A DNA stretch of 61,911 nucleotides from Syntrophomonas sp. UBA4911 (GCA_002398105.1 DHCD01000010.1:55683-117593); one strand, 5' to 3'; shown: positions 17,465-28,222, numbered from the stretch's first letter. Notes: a model not told the origin generated them from the sequence alone. Translations and numbers: made by a program.

Positions 17465-19345
17465 TTGTTAAGGCGTCTGATTCAATGGATATTCGGTAAA
17501 TCATTAAAAAATGACCGACTTAGTACGGAAAAATACAGTGTTTTATGGGGAATGCCGCTATTAGCCAGTGATGCCATATCATCAGTAGCCTATGCGGTAG
17601 AAGAGATGCTATGGGTACTTATACCGGTAGTAGGTGCAGCTTCATTTTTATGGATGCCGCGTATTGCGATTGCCATTTTAGGTCTGTTGCTTATTTTAAC
17701 CTTTTCCTATCGCCATGTGGTAGAAGCTTATCCCAATGGGGGCGGAGCCTATATAGTGGCCAGGGAAAACCTGGGGCCGCTATACAGTTTGATTGCCGGA
17801 GCTTCCCTGGCGGTGGGCTATATTCTTACGGTAGCCGTCAGTGTCTGTGCCGGGACCATAGCTTTTACTTCAGCGGTTCCTGTACTCAATCCTTACCGAG
17901 TCGGCATTGCGATGATTTTTGTAATTCTTCTGGTCATAGGTAATGTGCGTGGAGTCAGGGAATCTTCACGTTTATTCAGCCTTCCTACCTATGCTTTTAT
18001 ACTGGCAGTTGTGGCTCTCGTAATTGTTGGGGCGGTTAAATATTACACCGGATATAATACGGTCATATCAGCTCCGGCTGCAACCCAGATACCTATTGGA
18101 ACCCAGGCCGTTACTTTATTTATTTTGCTTGCCGCTTTTTCCTCGGGCTGCAGTGCTTTAACCGGAGTCGAAGCCATCAGCAATGCGGTACCCAATTTTG
18201 AAGATCCGGCTCCCCAAAAAGCTAAGCTTACTTATCTTCTGCTGGCAGCTGCTATTGTGGTCTGTTTTGGCGGAATTGCCTACCTGACCAAGCTATATCA
18301 GGTCATACCCAATCCTGAATTGACGGTTATGGCTCAAATTTCACGGGCTGTTTTCGGCCCTGGCATTATGTTTTATTTTATTCAGGCTACTACCACTATT
18401 ATCCTGGCTATGGCGGCTAATACTGCTTTTGCCGGTTTTCCCACCCTGCTGTCTATTATAGCTCAGGATGGATATGCCCCAAGGCAATTGGCTTTGCGCG
18501 GGCATCGGCTCAATTATACCAATGGTATCGGTTTTCTGGCCTTTTTAGCTATTCTTTTGATTATAATTTTCAGGGCTGACACCCATTTGTTGATTGCATT
18601 ATATGCAGTGGGAGTTTTCGCGGCTTTTACCCTTTCCCAAGCGGGTATGCTGGTACATTGGCTGCGGACCAAATCCGAGGGCTGGCGACATAAAGCCCTG
18701 ATAAACGGTCTGGGAGCAGTTACTACTTTAATTGCTACGATTGTTGTCGGGGTCACCAAATTTACTCAGGGGGCCTGGATAGTTTTTGTGGTGGTTCCGT
18801 TAATTATTATGATTATGTATGGCATCAAACGGCATTATCAATCCGTAGCCCAACAATTAGACGTACCCAATGATTTATTGAAAACCCTGGATTTAGATAA
18901 CCCGCGTCCTAATCATGTTATTATTCCCGTCGACAGCTTAAACAGCATGGTAATAAAGGCATTGCGTTATGCCAGCAGTATTACCACCCATGTTGAGGTT
19001 TTCCATGTGGAACCTTACGAGGGTGAAGCCGACAAATTAAGACGAAAATGGGGTATGCTGAACACTGAGGTCCCTTTGATTATTAAAGAGTCTCCTTACC
19101 GGGATGTAGTAGGCTCGCTTATCAAGTATATCGACTCTGAAGAACACGCCTCCAAGCCCGGTGATATAATAACCGTACTTTTGCCCCAATTTTTTGTCTA
19201 TAAGTGGTACCATGTATTGCTGCATAACAATACCAGTATCTTTATAGCCCGAGCTATGCTCAATAAGCATAATGTAGTTGTATCGGTACTTCCTTTTTAC
19301 CTTAAGGAATCCGTGAAGAAAAAGTCCCGGATAGGGGATAGGTAA
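17465..19345 (+). CDS. KimA-like APC-superfamily transporter with a C-terminal cytoplasmic domain (probable K+/H+ symporter)
   Basis: From the TTG at 17465 (GGAAGG RBS 8 nt upstream) the N-terminus LRRLIQWIFGKSLKNDRLSTEKYS...LASDAISSVAYAVEE parallels B. subtilis KimA (RFLIGKPLKS...LSSDALSSVAYGTEQ). Has about 12 TM segments plus a soluble tail of about 170 aa; 626 aa in total. The ORF track begins further upstream at 17333. Confidence 0.7.
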   Translation: MLRRLIQWIFGKSLKNDRLSTEKYSVLWGMPLLASDAISSVAYAVEEMLWVLIPVVGAASFLWMPRIAIAILGLLLILTFSYRHVVEAYPNGGGAYIVARENLGPLYSLIAGASLAVGYILTVAVSVCAGTIAFTSAVPVLNPYRVGIAMIFVILLVIGNVRGVRESSRLFSLPTYAFILAVVALVIVGAVKYYTGYNTVISAPAATQIPIGTQAVTLFILLAAFSSGCSALTGVEAISNAVPNFEDPAPQKAKLTYLLLAAAIVVCFGGIAYLTKLYQVIPNPELTVMAQISRAVFGPGIMFYFIQATTTIILAMAANTAFAGFPTLLSIIAQDGYAPRQLALRGHRLNYTNGIGFLAFLAILLIIIFRADTHLLIALYAVGVFAAFTLSQAGMLVHWLRTKSEGWRHKALINGLGAVTTLIATIVVGVTKFTQGAWIVFVVVPLIIMIMYGIKRHYQSVAQQLDVPNDLLKTLDLDNPRPNHVIIPVDSLNSMVIKALRYASSITTHVEVFHVEPYEGEADKLRRKWGMLNTEVPLIIKESPYRDVVGSLIKYIDSEEHASKPGDIITVLLPQFFVYKWYHVLLHNNTSIFIARAMLNKHNVVVSVLPFYLKESVKKKSRIGDR

Positions 19346-19551
19346 AACAGTAACAGGGCCTTTCCGTCCCTAGCCGGCGGCAAATAATCAGAGGATTTCT
19401 TTTGGGGCGACATAATTGTTATAAATAAGCTAAAACAATGGCTTTACAATATCCTAAATCAATCAGCAACATTTAGACTTGAAGGAGATAGGAAAGATTT
19501 TATTTTCCGGCCTCTCAAAGTAGCTTGACGGGATCTATTGCAGTCCCATGG

Positions 19552-19581
19552 TTGACAAGGCTAAGAAAGGCAGACTATAAT
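19552..19581 (+). promoter_or_regulatory. Sigma-A-type promoter of the yceD-rpmF-plsX operon
   Basis: TTGACA, an 18-nt spacer, then TATAAT, located 29 nt upstream of the yceD ATG. Confidence 0.45.
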
Positions 19582-19609
19582 TAATCTGGTGTTTTTATGG
19601 GGTGATAAT

Positions 19610-20131
19610 ATGAAAATCAACCTGGAGAGGCAAAGGGCAGGCTCTCGGGACAGCCAGGAGTTTTATTTTGATATACCGGGTAATGACGGATATCTGAAGG
19701 AACTGGGAGGCAAATACCGGGATAACCTTGAAGTGAAAGGGTTGGTGGAAAAGTCGGGCGAACACTACCTGCTTCGCGGTCAGGTAAAAACAGCCTTGGA
19801 ATTGCAATGCTCCCGTTGCCTGGAAAGGTTTTATTATCCGGTAGCTGTCCAGTTTCATCTTAACCTGGTGGAATCCAAATATCAGGCGGAATACTCCCGG
19901 GATGAGGATGTTGTGTTTTTCAGCTCCGATGAGGCTGAAATACAGCCGTACATAGAGGGGCTGGTATTTTCCGCAATCCCCTTGATACCCCTTTGCCGCC
20001 CTGACTGCAAAGGACTTTGCCAGCAGTGTGGTATTAACCGGAACCTGGTTCAGTGCCAGTGCCGAGATGAGAATACCGATCCCAGATGGGATAAATTAAA
20101 AAATCTCAAGGCAGGGAAGGAGGTTACTTAA
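19610..20131 (+). CDS. YceD/DUF177 family ribosome-maturation protein
   Basis: Two CxxC pairs (CSRCLE, CKGLCQQCG). Conserved position immediately upstream of rpmF, with an overlapping TAATG junction. Confidence 0.85.
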   Translation: MKINLERQRAGSRDSQEFYFDIPGNDGYLKELGGKYRDNLEVKGLVEKSGEHYLLRGQVKTALELQCSRCLERFYYPVAVQFHLNLVESKYQAEYSRDEDVVFFSSDEAEIQPYIEGLVFSAIPLIPLCRPDCKGLCQQCGINRNLVQCQCRDENTDPRWDKLKNLKAGKEVT

Positions 20132-20301
20132 TGGGAGTTCCTAAAAGAAGACAATCCCATGCCCGGAAAAACAAGCGCCGCTCCGAATGGGCCAAACTTG
20201 AAAAGCCGGGTCTGGTTGAATGCCCTCAGTGTCACGAGCTGAAGATGCCGCACCGGGCATGCTTAAATTGTGGGTTCTATAAAGGCAAAAACGTTATGTA
20301 A
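20131..20301 (+). CDS. rpmF: 50S ribosomal protein L32
   Basis: Not in the ORF track (56 aa). Product: MGVPKRRQSHARKNKRRSEWAKLEKPGLVECPQCHELKMPHRACLNCGFYKGKNVM. Canonical L32 with a zinc ribbon. Confidence 0.92.
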   Translation: MGVPKRRQSHARKNKRRSEWAKLEKPGLVECPQCHELKMPHRACLNCGFYKGKNVM

Positions 20302-20388
20302 TATAAAAACTCGTCAAAAAGTAAGGTATAAAGTCTTTTAAAATAGACTGGTAGCTTACTTTTTGTTTATTATGAGGAGGTTTCAGGC

Positions 20389-21348
20389 ATGAAAATAGCT
20401 TTAGACCTTATGGGAGGAGATAACGCACCCAAAGAATTGCTGGCGGGTGCGATTAAATGGCTTAACGAGTACGATACCGGCCAGATTATACTGGTGGGCC
20501 AACAGGAGGTGATGGCGGCGGAACTTTCCGGCTGCAGCTACGATAGTCAGAGGCTGGCTCTGGTAAATGCCAGCCAGGTCATAGAAATGGACGAATCACC
20601 GGCAACGGCGCTGCGCAAGAAAAAGGATGCTTCCATAGTAGTGGCCACCAAACTGGTCAAAGAGGGGCGGGCCGATGCCGTAGTCTCCTGTGGCAGTACC
20701 GGAGCTCAGATGGCTGCTGCCCTATTTATTTTGGGAAGGATGGAAGGGATTGAAAGACCGCCGATTGTTGTTGCCATTCCCAGCCGGGGGTCACAGCCGA
20801 CCTTATTGATAGACGCCGGCGCCAATGTGGATTGCCGGCCTCTGCAGTTGGTGCAATTTGCCCGGTTGGGGCGGGCTTATGCCAGGGGCGTGCTGAACAT
20901 AGAGAATCCCCGGGTTGCTTTGCTTAATAACGGCGAAGAAGAGGGCAAGGGGAATAATCTCACCACCCAGACCTATGAGATCTTGCGTCAGCAAAAGAAT
21001 ATTAATTTCATAGGCAATCTGGAAGGACGGGATCTGTTCAATGACCGCGGTGATATAATAGTATGCGATGGTTTTACCGGCAACGTATTGCTTAAGGCCA
21101 TGGAAGGCATGGCCATGTTCCTGGCTGCAGGTATAAAGCAGGAACTGGGCACCATACCCTCAGCCTTTGCCCGGCTTGATTACACTCAGATAGGCGGGGC
21201 TCCGCTGCTGGGGATTAACGGAATCAGTATCGTCTGCCATGGCAGTTCCAGAAGGGAAGCGGTTTGTGCGGGGCTGGCAATTGCCGCCGAATGTATCAAT
21301 AATAATATTATTGCCCAACAGCTGCAGGAGTTGGCGGAATTAAGCTGA
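20389..21348 (+). CDS. plsX: Phosphate acyltransferase
   Basis: MKIALDLMGGDNAP, SCGSTGA, DGFTGNVLLK. Confidence 0.93.
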   Translation: MKIALDLMGGDNAPKELLAGAIKWLNEYDTGQIILVGQQEVMAAELSGCSYDSQRLALVNASQVIEMDESPATALRKKKDASIVVATKLVKEGRADAVVSCGSTGAQMAAALFILGRMEGIERPPIVVAIPSRGSQPTLLIDAGANVDCRPLQLVQFARLGRAYARGVLNIENPRVALLNNGEEEGKGNNLTTQTYEILRQQKNINFIGNLEGRDLFNDRGDIIVCDGFTGNVLLKAMEGMAMFLAAGIKQELGTIPSAFARLDYTQIGGAPLLGINGISIVCHGSSRREAVCAGLAIAAECINNNIIAQQLQELAELS

Positions 21349-21425
21349 AAATATTAATCTAACCGGCATCTGCTCCCTTAACCAGGTGTATAATATAATC
21401 AATTAAAATACTGGAGGTACTGGTA

Positions 21426-21677
21426 ATGCAGGAATTTTATGCCCAGGCCAGAAAGATTCTGGCCGAGCAGCTGGAAATTGAGCTGGAGAATATTGATATG
21501 GATACTAAATTCGAGGACATAAATGCCGATTCCATTGACATTGTGGAAATGATAATGGCTTTGGAAGACATTTATGACATTGAGTTTCCCGAAGAGGATC
21601 TGGAAGAGTATCCTACCATGGGTTCATTGGTAAAAGCCCTGTACCAATATCTTAAGCAGGCGCAAAATGAGTCCTGA
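21426..21677 (+). CDS. acpP: Acyl carrier protein
   Basis: 83 aa. Phosphopantetheine attachment site DINADSIDIVEMIMALED. Follows plsX directly, with no fabD/fabG in between. Confidence 0.8.
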   Translation: MQEFYAQARKILAEQLEIELENIDMDTKFEDINADSIDIVEMIMALEDIYDIEFPEEDLEEYPTMGSLVKALYQYLKQAQNES

Positions 21678-22401
21678 GAAAAACGCGGCCCGTAACTTTA
21701 TAAATGATAACCAGCTCGAATTTAATAATCCCGACCAGTTAGCCATGGCATTAACCCATCCGTCTTATGCCCAGGAGAAAAATTTTATCCATAATAATCA
21801 GCGGTTGGAATTTCTGGGGGATGCGGTATTAAGCTTTGTGGTCGCCGAGTATCTGTATAATAATTACACGGACAAGGCTGAAGGCGAATTGACCAAGATC
21901 AGGGCCCGGGTGGTTTGCGAGAAATCACTGTTGAATGTAGCCCGGAAAATCAATCTGGGTAAATACGTGCTGCTGGGAAAAGGTGAAGAAATGTCGGGGG
22001 GGAGAAAGCGAAAATCCATACTGGCGGACACGGTGGAAGCGGTTATAGGCGCTATATATCTGGACCAGGGCTATAACCAGGCTCGAGACTTTATTCTGCA
22101 GCATCTGGAGGATTATATAGTTGAAGGGGCCGGGGGCGATTACTATGACTATAAATCCCGGCTGCAGGAACTGGTACAGGGGAAAAACAAGGAAAACGTG
22201 CACTATACTATCATTGAAGAAAGCGGCCCGGCCCACTGTAAAAACTTCATTGCCGGAGTATATTTCCAGGATCAGCTCCTGGCTACAGGTGAAGGCAAAA
22301 GCAAAAAGGAAGCGGAACAGAATGCTGCCGGTAAGGTGCTTAAAGACCGGGTCATGGTAGAAAACATCGGTAAGGGAAAATACAGTGCCTCAACATTATA
22401 A
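21667..22401 (+). CDS. rnc: Ribonuclease III
   Basis: RNase III signature NQRLEFLGDAVL, followed by a C-terminal dsRBD (GPAHCKNF...GEGKSKKEAEQNAA). Confidence 0.94.
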   Translation: MSPEKNAARNFINDNQLEFNNPDQLAMALTHPSYAQEKNFIHNNQRLEFLGDAVLSFVVAEYLYNNYTDKAEGELTKIRARVVCEKSLLNVARKINLGKYVLLGKGEEMSGGRKRKSILADTVEAVIGAIYLDQGYNQARDFILQHLEDYIVEGAGGDYYDYKSRLQELVQGKNKENVHYTIIEESGPAHCKNFIAGVYFQDQLLATGEGKSKKEAEQNAAGKVLKDRVMVENIGKGKYSASTL

Positions 22402-23476
22402 TATTCCCTTGTTTATACCCCATCTGGGCTGCCCCTTTCAATGTATATTCTGTAATCAGAACAAGATTGCTTCCTCCCGGGGAGTACCGGCTATCAGTGA
22501 CCTTACTGCCATTATTGATGAATACCTGTCCACCATGGCTGACGATAGCGAGAACATTGAGATAGCCTTTTTCGGTGGAAGCTTTACCGCCATTGACCAT
22601 GAATTGCAGGGAAAATACCTGGCAGCCGTACAGCCTTACCTAAAAAGCGGCAGGATCGGCAGCATCCGCATATCTACCCGTCCCGATTATATTGATGACC
22701 GGATCCTGAGTTTCCTGGCCGGCTATGGAGTGAAGACCATTGAACTGGGAGTACAGTCACTATGCGATGAGGTTTTAAAAGCATCCGGCCGCGGCTACAG
22801 CCGTGACGATGTTTTTAAAGCCAGTCATCATATAAAAGACCGGGGGTTTAAATTGGGTCTGCAATTGATGATAGGATTGCCGGGGGATAATTATGAGCGG
22901 GACCTGGACAGCACCCGCCAGGCGGCCGCCTTGAATCCGGACCTGGTACGGATATATCCCACTCTGGTTATAGCCGATACCCCATTAGAGAGCCTTTTTC
23001 ATGAACATAAATATGTGCCTTTAAGCCTTCCGGAAGCGGTTGCTGTCTGCAAAGACATGTTCCTTATTTTCCAGCAGCAGGATATTAATGTCATTCGCAT
23101 GGGTCTGCAGCCGGGAGAAGAATTACGCAGCCCCGGCGCCGTAGTGGCAGGGCCTTTTCATCCATCTTTCGGGGAATTGGTCGAGCAGGAAGTATTCAAG
23201 GAGCAGGCCGGTATGGCTCTGGGCAATTACAAAGAAAAAGCCGGGCTTAAACCCGACCTGGTATTGATGGTTCATGAAAAGGACATATCCAAAATGACGG
23301 GTCCGAGAAAAAGTAATCTGTTATTTCTGAAGAATGAGTGGCAGCTGGAGAGCCTCAAAGTGAAAGCCCATCCGGATCTGGTCCGCGATACCGTGGCGGT
23401 CGCCCCGGCGTCTGATTCAAGACCGGCTTTAATTTTGACCAGAAAACAATTTTTATTATCAAAGGGTCAATGCTGA
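22385..23476 (+). CDS. Radical SAM protein (ELP3/HemN-like fold, function unknown)
   Basis: CxxxCxxC cluster motif CPFQCIFCNQ near the N-terminus. 363 aa. GTG start overlapping the rnc end. Confidence 0.8.
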   Translation: MPQHYNIPLFIPHLGCPFQCIFCNQNKIASSRGVPAISDLTAIIDEYLSTMADDSENIEIAFFGGSFTAIDHELQGKYLAAVQPYLKSGRIGSIRISTRPDYIDDRILSFLAGYGVKTIELGVQSLCDEVLKASGRGYSRDDVFKASHHIKDRGFKLGLQLMIGLPGDNYERDLDSTRQAAALNPDLVRIYPTLVIADTPLESLFHEHKYVPLSLPEAVAVCKDMFLIFQQQDINVIRMGLQPGEELRSPGAVVAGPFHPSFGELVEQEVFKEQAGMALGNYKEKAGLKPDLVLMVHEKDISKMTGPRKSNLLFLKNEWQLESLKVKAHPDLVRDTVAVAPASDSRPALILTRKQFLLSKGQC

Positions 23477-23513
23477 TTTTATTTTCCGCCGAATCGACTT
23501 TAACCATATATTA

Positions 23514-23544
23514 GACCAGAGAATAGCCAACTCTGGCCTTTTTT
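23514..23544 (+). terminator. Intrinsic terminator after the radical SAM gene
   Basis: CCAGAG-aatagccaa-CTCTGG followed by CCTTTTTT. Confidence 0.65.
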
Positions 23545-23639
23545 GACGCAATTGCGGGTTTTATATGGTTTTTTGCCAAAAGGTTTTAAAAGCCCGGTGT
23601 ATAATAAATATATTATTGATTTTATGATAAGGACAGGCT

Positions 23640-24599
23640 ATGCGGCAAAAGATATTAAAGGAACTTATAGAAAACCATGACCACTATATCAGCGGCAGTG
23701 AACTGGCCGGACGGCTGGGAATCAGCCGGGTGGCGGTATGGAAACATATTGAGGCCCTGAAAGAAGAAGGATACGGGATAACCGGTGTCAGCGGCAAAGG
23801 CTACCGGTTTAGCGATATTGGAGTAATAATGCCGGAAATGGTTAAAACCAGCTTGGCCGGACAAGTGATTGGCCGCGAGATTATCTATTATCCCCGTTTG
23901 GATTCCAGCAACGAAGCCCTTAAGCGTAATCTGCAGAACCAGGCCATAGAAGAAGGTACGGTTTATGTGGCGGGAAAACAGGAGCAGGGGAAAGGACGCC
24001 GGGGGCGCCGCTGGGAATCGCCCACCGGGGGTTTATGGTTCTCTTTTTTGTTGTGCCCGAATCTGGCTATGTCCCAGACGGCCTTGCTGTCACTGACATT
24101 TGCGGTAGCCTTGGCCAGGAGCCTTGAAAATCTGGGGCCGGTATATATCAAATGGCCCAATGATATATATTATCGGGATAAAAAGATAGCCGGCATCCTT
24201 TTGGAAATGAGCGGCGAAATTGATCTGGCCGATTATCTGATTGTAGGCATTGGACTTAATCTCAATACCCAAAAAAGGGACTTCCCCGGAGCTGTTGCCT
24301 TGGATGCCACCTCTTTATTGGAAGAGGGTGGCGAGGTAATAGCGGCTAATGATATGCTAATAGCGGTATTAAAAAAACTTAACCAATATTACTGTGAGTT
24401 CTTGCATTCCGGTTTTGCCGGTATTCGGCTGGAGTTCAAATCTCTCTGTATGCATCTGGGTAAAGAAATAGAGGTTATACAGGGGGCGAGAAAGATTCGT
24501 GGCCTAAATAGTGACATTGGCGAAATGGGAAACTTAATAATAGAGAGCCCGGACGGTCAGTTAAGCATAAGCACCGGAGACGTCAGGGTGGTTAACTAA
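23640..24599 (+). CDS. birA: Bifunctional biotin-[acetyl-CoA-carboxylase] ligase / transcriptional repressor
   Basis: N-terminal wHTH (ISGSELAGRLGISRVAVWKHIEALKEEGY). BPL motif GKGRRGRRWESP, then KWPNDI. Confidence 0.9.
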   Translation: MRQKILKELIENHDHYISGSELAGRLGISRVAVWKHIEALKEEGYGITGVSGKGYRFSDIGVIMPEMVKTSLAGQVIGREIIYYPRLDSSNEALKRNLQNQAIEEGTVYVAGKQEQGKGRRGRRWESPTGGLWFSFLLCPNLAMSQTALLSLTFAVALARSLENLGPVYIKWPNDIYYRDKKIAGILLEMSGEIDLADYLIVGIGLNLNTQKRDFPGAVALDATSLLEEGGEVIAANDMLIAVLKKLNQYYCEFLHSGFAGIRLEFKSLCMHLGKEIEVIQGARKIRGLNSDIGEMGNLIIESPDGQLSISTGDVRVVN

Positions 24600-24616
24600 C
24601 AGGGGGAGGCAAACGG

Positions 24617-27600
24617 GTGTATCTCAAACGACTGGAGATCAAAGGTTTCAAGTCTTTTGCCGACAGCACGGAAATAAATTTGCGGCCGGGAATAAATATA
24701 ATAGTCGGCCCCAACGGCTGCGGCAAAAGCAATGTTGTGGATGCTATCCGCTGGGTGCTGGGGGAAGCCAATATTCGTCATCTGCGGGGACACAAAAGCG
24801 AAGATGTAATATTTAACGGAACTGATGTGAAAAAAGCCCTGGGAATGGCTCAGGTGGAAATAGAACTGGATAATCGCGATCAGCTTTTGCCTCTTGATTA
24901 TAGTGAGATAACCCTTAACCGTAAGGTCTTCCGCAGTGGAGAAAGTGAATTCTATATCAATAAGTCCCGGGTACGCATGAAAGATGTCAGCGATCTCTTT
25001 ATCGGTACCGGTTTGGGAAAAAAAGGCTATTCCATAATCAGCCAGGGTGAGTTGGAGCAGGTATTAAATGGTCAGGCTCTGGATAGACGCTTAATATTGG
25101 AAGAAGCCTCCGGCATAATAAAATACCGTCAGCAAAGGGATGAAGTTAAACGGCGTCTGGAGAATACCGGCAACGATCTGCTGCGTCTGGGTGATATAAT
25201 AACCGAGGTGCGGGAGCGCAGGGAAGAACTGAGCCATAAAGCAGATAAAGCCAGGCTTTATCTGCAGCTGCAGCAGGAATGTCAGCAGCTGGAAAAGAGG
25301 ACCCTGACGGCTGAAATCTTAAAGACAAGTCAGGAACTGCAGCGTAAAAGGGAGGGACTGCTGCAGTATCAGAATGAAAGTTCATTATTGCAGCAGAACC
25401 TGTCCGGGCAGGAACAACAACTGGAACAGGAAGAGCAGAGGCTGCAAGTTCTGCAGCAACAGCTCAACAGCAAGCAGAACCAGGTCTACCAGACCCAAAA
25501 CGAGCTGAGTTCCCTGCAGGGGGAACTGAAACTCTGTGCCGAGAGGATGAAAAACCGGCAAGATCGTTTAGAGCAGTGCCGGGCTGACGAAATAAAATAT
25601 AATGATATGCTGACCCGGCTCAACCAGGATCTGACCCTGAAACACCAGGATTATCACCTCCAGGAAGCGGACTACCGGCAGCGGGTGGGGGATTGTGAAC
25701 GCCTGGAACAGGAAATAGCCGAGTTGGAACAGCAATTACATAAAGACCGGGATCTGTTTGCCCAGGGCAAGACCCAGGTCTTTGAGCAGATGCAGGAAGA
25801 AAGCCGCTTGAAAAATCAAATAAGCGAGCGGGAAGAACAGCTTAAAAAGCTGGGGGAAAGAAAAGAGCGGCTGCTGATTCGATTAGATGAGTATAAGAAT
25901 AAAATCCAGCAGTATAATCGTGACTATGAAGCCTTGCAAAGCCAGATCAGCAGTTTTAAAACCTCGCTGGCAGATAATGACCGGCAGCTGGCGGAAATGG
26001 AACAGCATAGAGTTGAGCTGGAGGCAGGATATCGAAAAGTCGAGGCGGACTATGCCCAACTAAATCAGGAAGGGATAAAAATTAATAACAGCCTGCAAGC
26101 GCTAAAGGAAATGACCCGCAATCTGAGCGGGTATTCCAGCGCGGTTAAATCACTTATGAAGGCGGGCAGGGCAGGAACGCTGCAGGGAATAATGGGGATA
26201 CCGGGAGAATTCATAGACGTTCCCCCGGGAATGGAAATGGCCTTAGAGATAGGTGTGGGCCGGGGACTGGAGAATATCGTAACCGATACGGTAGAACACG
26301 CCCGCCAGGCGATTGAGTTTTTAAAGACCCATAAGCTGGGCCGGGTCACATTTCTTCCTTTGGATGTTTTGAAAACCCAGCCGGTACCGGAGAAGATTCT
26401 GCAACAGCTGGAAGGGCGGCAGAGGGTAGTAGGGCTGGCTTCCCGGGTGGTAGGTTTTGATTCCCGCTACCGGGTGGCAATAGAATACTTGCTGGGGCGG
26501 GTGTTGATAGTTGAAGACATGAATACCGCTATCCATATATTTAAAAATATAAACTATCCGTTGCGTCTGGTCAGTCTGGAAGGTGATCTGGTCAATGTGA
26601 GCGGTGCGGTAAGCGGGGGAGCCAAGCCTTCGTCCCATGGCAACAGTCCGCTTATACGCCGGGGAGAAGAGAAACGTTGGCTCAAACAGCAGGAGGAAAA
26701 TACCCGGGCTCAAGGCGACAAACAAAAAGAGCTGATAGCTTTACAGGGTGAATTGGAGCAATCGGTTGCGGCCATAAACGCGGTGAAGCAAAAACGGCTG
26801 GAGTGCAGTATGGCGGTGGACATAAGGGAAAAGCAAATTAAAGAGATCGCCTCCAGTATCAGTGAGGGTTCCGAACTGATAGAAGGCTTCCAGCAGGAAA
26901 CCAAGGAGCTGGAACAGCAAATAGCTGAGCTGCAGAACGATATGGCCGCGATGCAGGATCAGTTAGGAGGAATGCATGGGGAGAGTGAAAAAGCCACCGC
27001 TCATTTGGAAGAAATGAGGGGACAACTGGATCTCCAGCAAAGAAACCTGGAAGTTTGCCGGGAGAGGCTTTCTTCCCAGCAAGAGCAACTGGCAATGAAA
27101 AGGAGAGAATTGGACAATATAAAGAATAACGCAGTTCAGTTTGAAAAGGTGCAGCAATCCTACCTGCAATCGGTCGAGGAAGCCAAACAATTGGGTGAGC
27201 AGATGGCAGCCCAAAACCGCCAGGAAGAACTGCGGGGGAAGGAATTGCAAAAAAAGATTGAAGAAGAGAAGGTTAAAGTTGCAGATTTAACCGGGGAAAT
27301 AGCTCAGCTTAAAAAGTCTGACGACCAGGGTAGCATAAATATCCGCAAGCTGCGCCGCGATTTGTTGCCGGGAAGGGAAAAGTTAAGCGAACTGGAAAGA
27401 CAGAGCCGTAACCTTGAGCTGGCCATAGCTAGATTGGAAACGGAATTATCAGCCCTTAATATAAAATGGAAGGAAAAATTCCGCGATGACATTGAATTAG
27501 GGGCAGAGATACCAGATCACGCTGAAATAAAAGCAGGCAAGCTGCGAATTGAGCAATTACAGGCTGAACTGGAGCAGATGGGGCCGGTTGACCCTGAATC

Positions 27601-28192
27601 CATTCACGAATATGATGAGATTCAGGAGAGATTCGCATTTCTGGATAAGCAATACCGGGACCTGCTTCAGGCCCGGGAATCTCTGCATCGCTTGCTGGGT
27701 GAGACGGAAAAACTGATGCTTAAGAAATTCTCTCATTTTTTGCAGATGGCCAATGACAGCTTTAATCGCACCTTTAAGGAAATATTTGCGGGCGGCGATG
27801 CCTGTTTACGGGTGGAAAATGGAAAAGAACACCTGGAGGCAGGGGTGGAAATAGAGGTTAAACTGCCGGGTAAACGACCCCAGCTGTTAGGCCTTTTGTC
27901 AGGCGGGGAACGGGCTTTAACCTGTATTGCCTTTATATTCTCATTGCTGCGCCTGAAACCGGCGCCTTTCTGTTTGCTGGATGAGATTGATGCTTCCCTG
28001 GATGAGATTAATTTGACCAGATTCGCTCATTTCCTACAGGGAATGGCAGCCTCAATGCAGTTTATAATTATAACTCACCGCCAGGCCACTATAGAAATCG
28101 GGGAAAATATCTATGGGGTAACCATGCCGGAGAAAGGCGTATCCTCTATATTGACGCTCAACCTGGGAGAGACGGAAAGTCTGGCTGGGTAA
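24617..28192 (+). CDS. smc: Chromosome partition protein Smc
   Basis: 1191 aa. Walker A GPNGCGKSN, long Q/E/L-rich coiled coils, a hinge, the signature LSGGERAL, and Walker B LLDEIDASLD. Confidence 0.96.
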   Translation: MYLKRLEIKGFKSFADSTEINLRPGINIIVGPNGCGKSNVVDAIRWVLGEANIRHLRGHKSEDVIFNGTDVKKALGMAQVEIELDNRDQLLPLDYSEITLNRKVFRSGESEFYINKSRVRMKDVSDLFIGTGLGKKGYSIISQGELEQVLNGQALDRRLILEEASGIIKYRQQRDEVKRRLENTGNDLLRLGDIITEVRERREELSHKADKARLYLQLQQECQQLEKRTLTAEILKTSQELQRKREGLLQYQNESSLLQQNLSGQEQQLEQEEQRLQVLQQQLNSKQNQVYQTQNELSSLQGELKLCAERMKNRQDRLEQCRADEIKYNDMLTRLNQDLTLKHQDYHLQEADYRQRVGDCERLEQEIAELEQQLHKDRDLFAQGKTQVFEQMQEESRLKNQISEREEQLKKLGERKERLLIRLDEYKNKIQQYNRDYEALQSQISSFKTSLADNDRQLAEMEQHRVELEAGYRKVEADYAQLNQEGIKINNSLQALKEMTRNLSGYSSAVKSLMKAGRAGTLQGIMGIPGEFIDVPPGMEMALEIGVGRGLENIVTDTVEHARQAIEFLKTHKLGRVTFLPLDVLKTQPVPEKILQQLEGRQRVVGLASRVVGFDSRYRVAIEYLLGRVLIVEDMNTAIHIFKNINYPLRLVSLEGDLVNVSGAVSGGAKPSSHGNSPLIRRGEEKRWLKQQEENTRAQGDKQKELIALQGELEQSVAAINAVKQKRLECSMAVDIREKQIKEIASSISEGSELIEGFQQETKELEQQIAELQNDMAAMQDQLGGMHGESEKATAHLEEMRGQLDLQQRNLEVCRERLSSQQEQLAMKRRELDNIKNNAVQFEKVQQSYLQSVEEAKQLGEQMAAQNRQEELRGKELQKKIEEEKVKVADLTGEIAQLKKSDDQGSINIRKLRRDLLPGREKLSELERQSRNLELAIARLETELSALNIKWKEKFRDDIELGAEIPDHAEIKAGKLRIEQLQAELEQMGPVDPESIHEYDEIQERFAFLDKQYRDLLQARESLHRLLGETEKLMLKKFSHFLQMANDSFNRTFKEIFAGGDACLRVENGKEHLEAGVEIEVKLPGKRPQLLGLLSGGERALTCIAFIFSLLRLKPAPFCLLDEIDASLDEINLTRFAHFLQGMAASMQFIIITHRQATIEIGENIYGVTMPEKGVSSILTLNLGETESLAG

Positions 28193-28222
28193 GTTAAAAA
28201 ATAGGGAAAGTAGGATGATGCT

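Noticed and set aside
23501-23570. Inverted repeat AACCATATA...TATATGGTT upstream of birA, considered as a BirA operator.
   Set aside because: The arms are about 50 nt apart and flank the preceding gene's terminator. BirA operators are compact palindromes of about 40 bp of the TGTAAACC/GGTTTACA type, and there is no such half-site here.
25230-25480. CAG/CTG-rich, repetitive-looking DNA inside smc.
   Set aside because: It reflects the Gln/Leu/Glu-rich heptad coiled coil of SMC (QQLEQEEQRLQVLQQQL). It is in frame and is not a discrete DNA repeat element.
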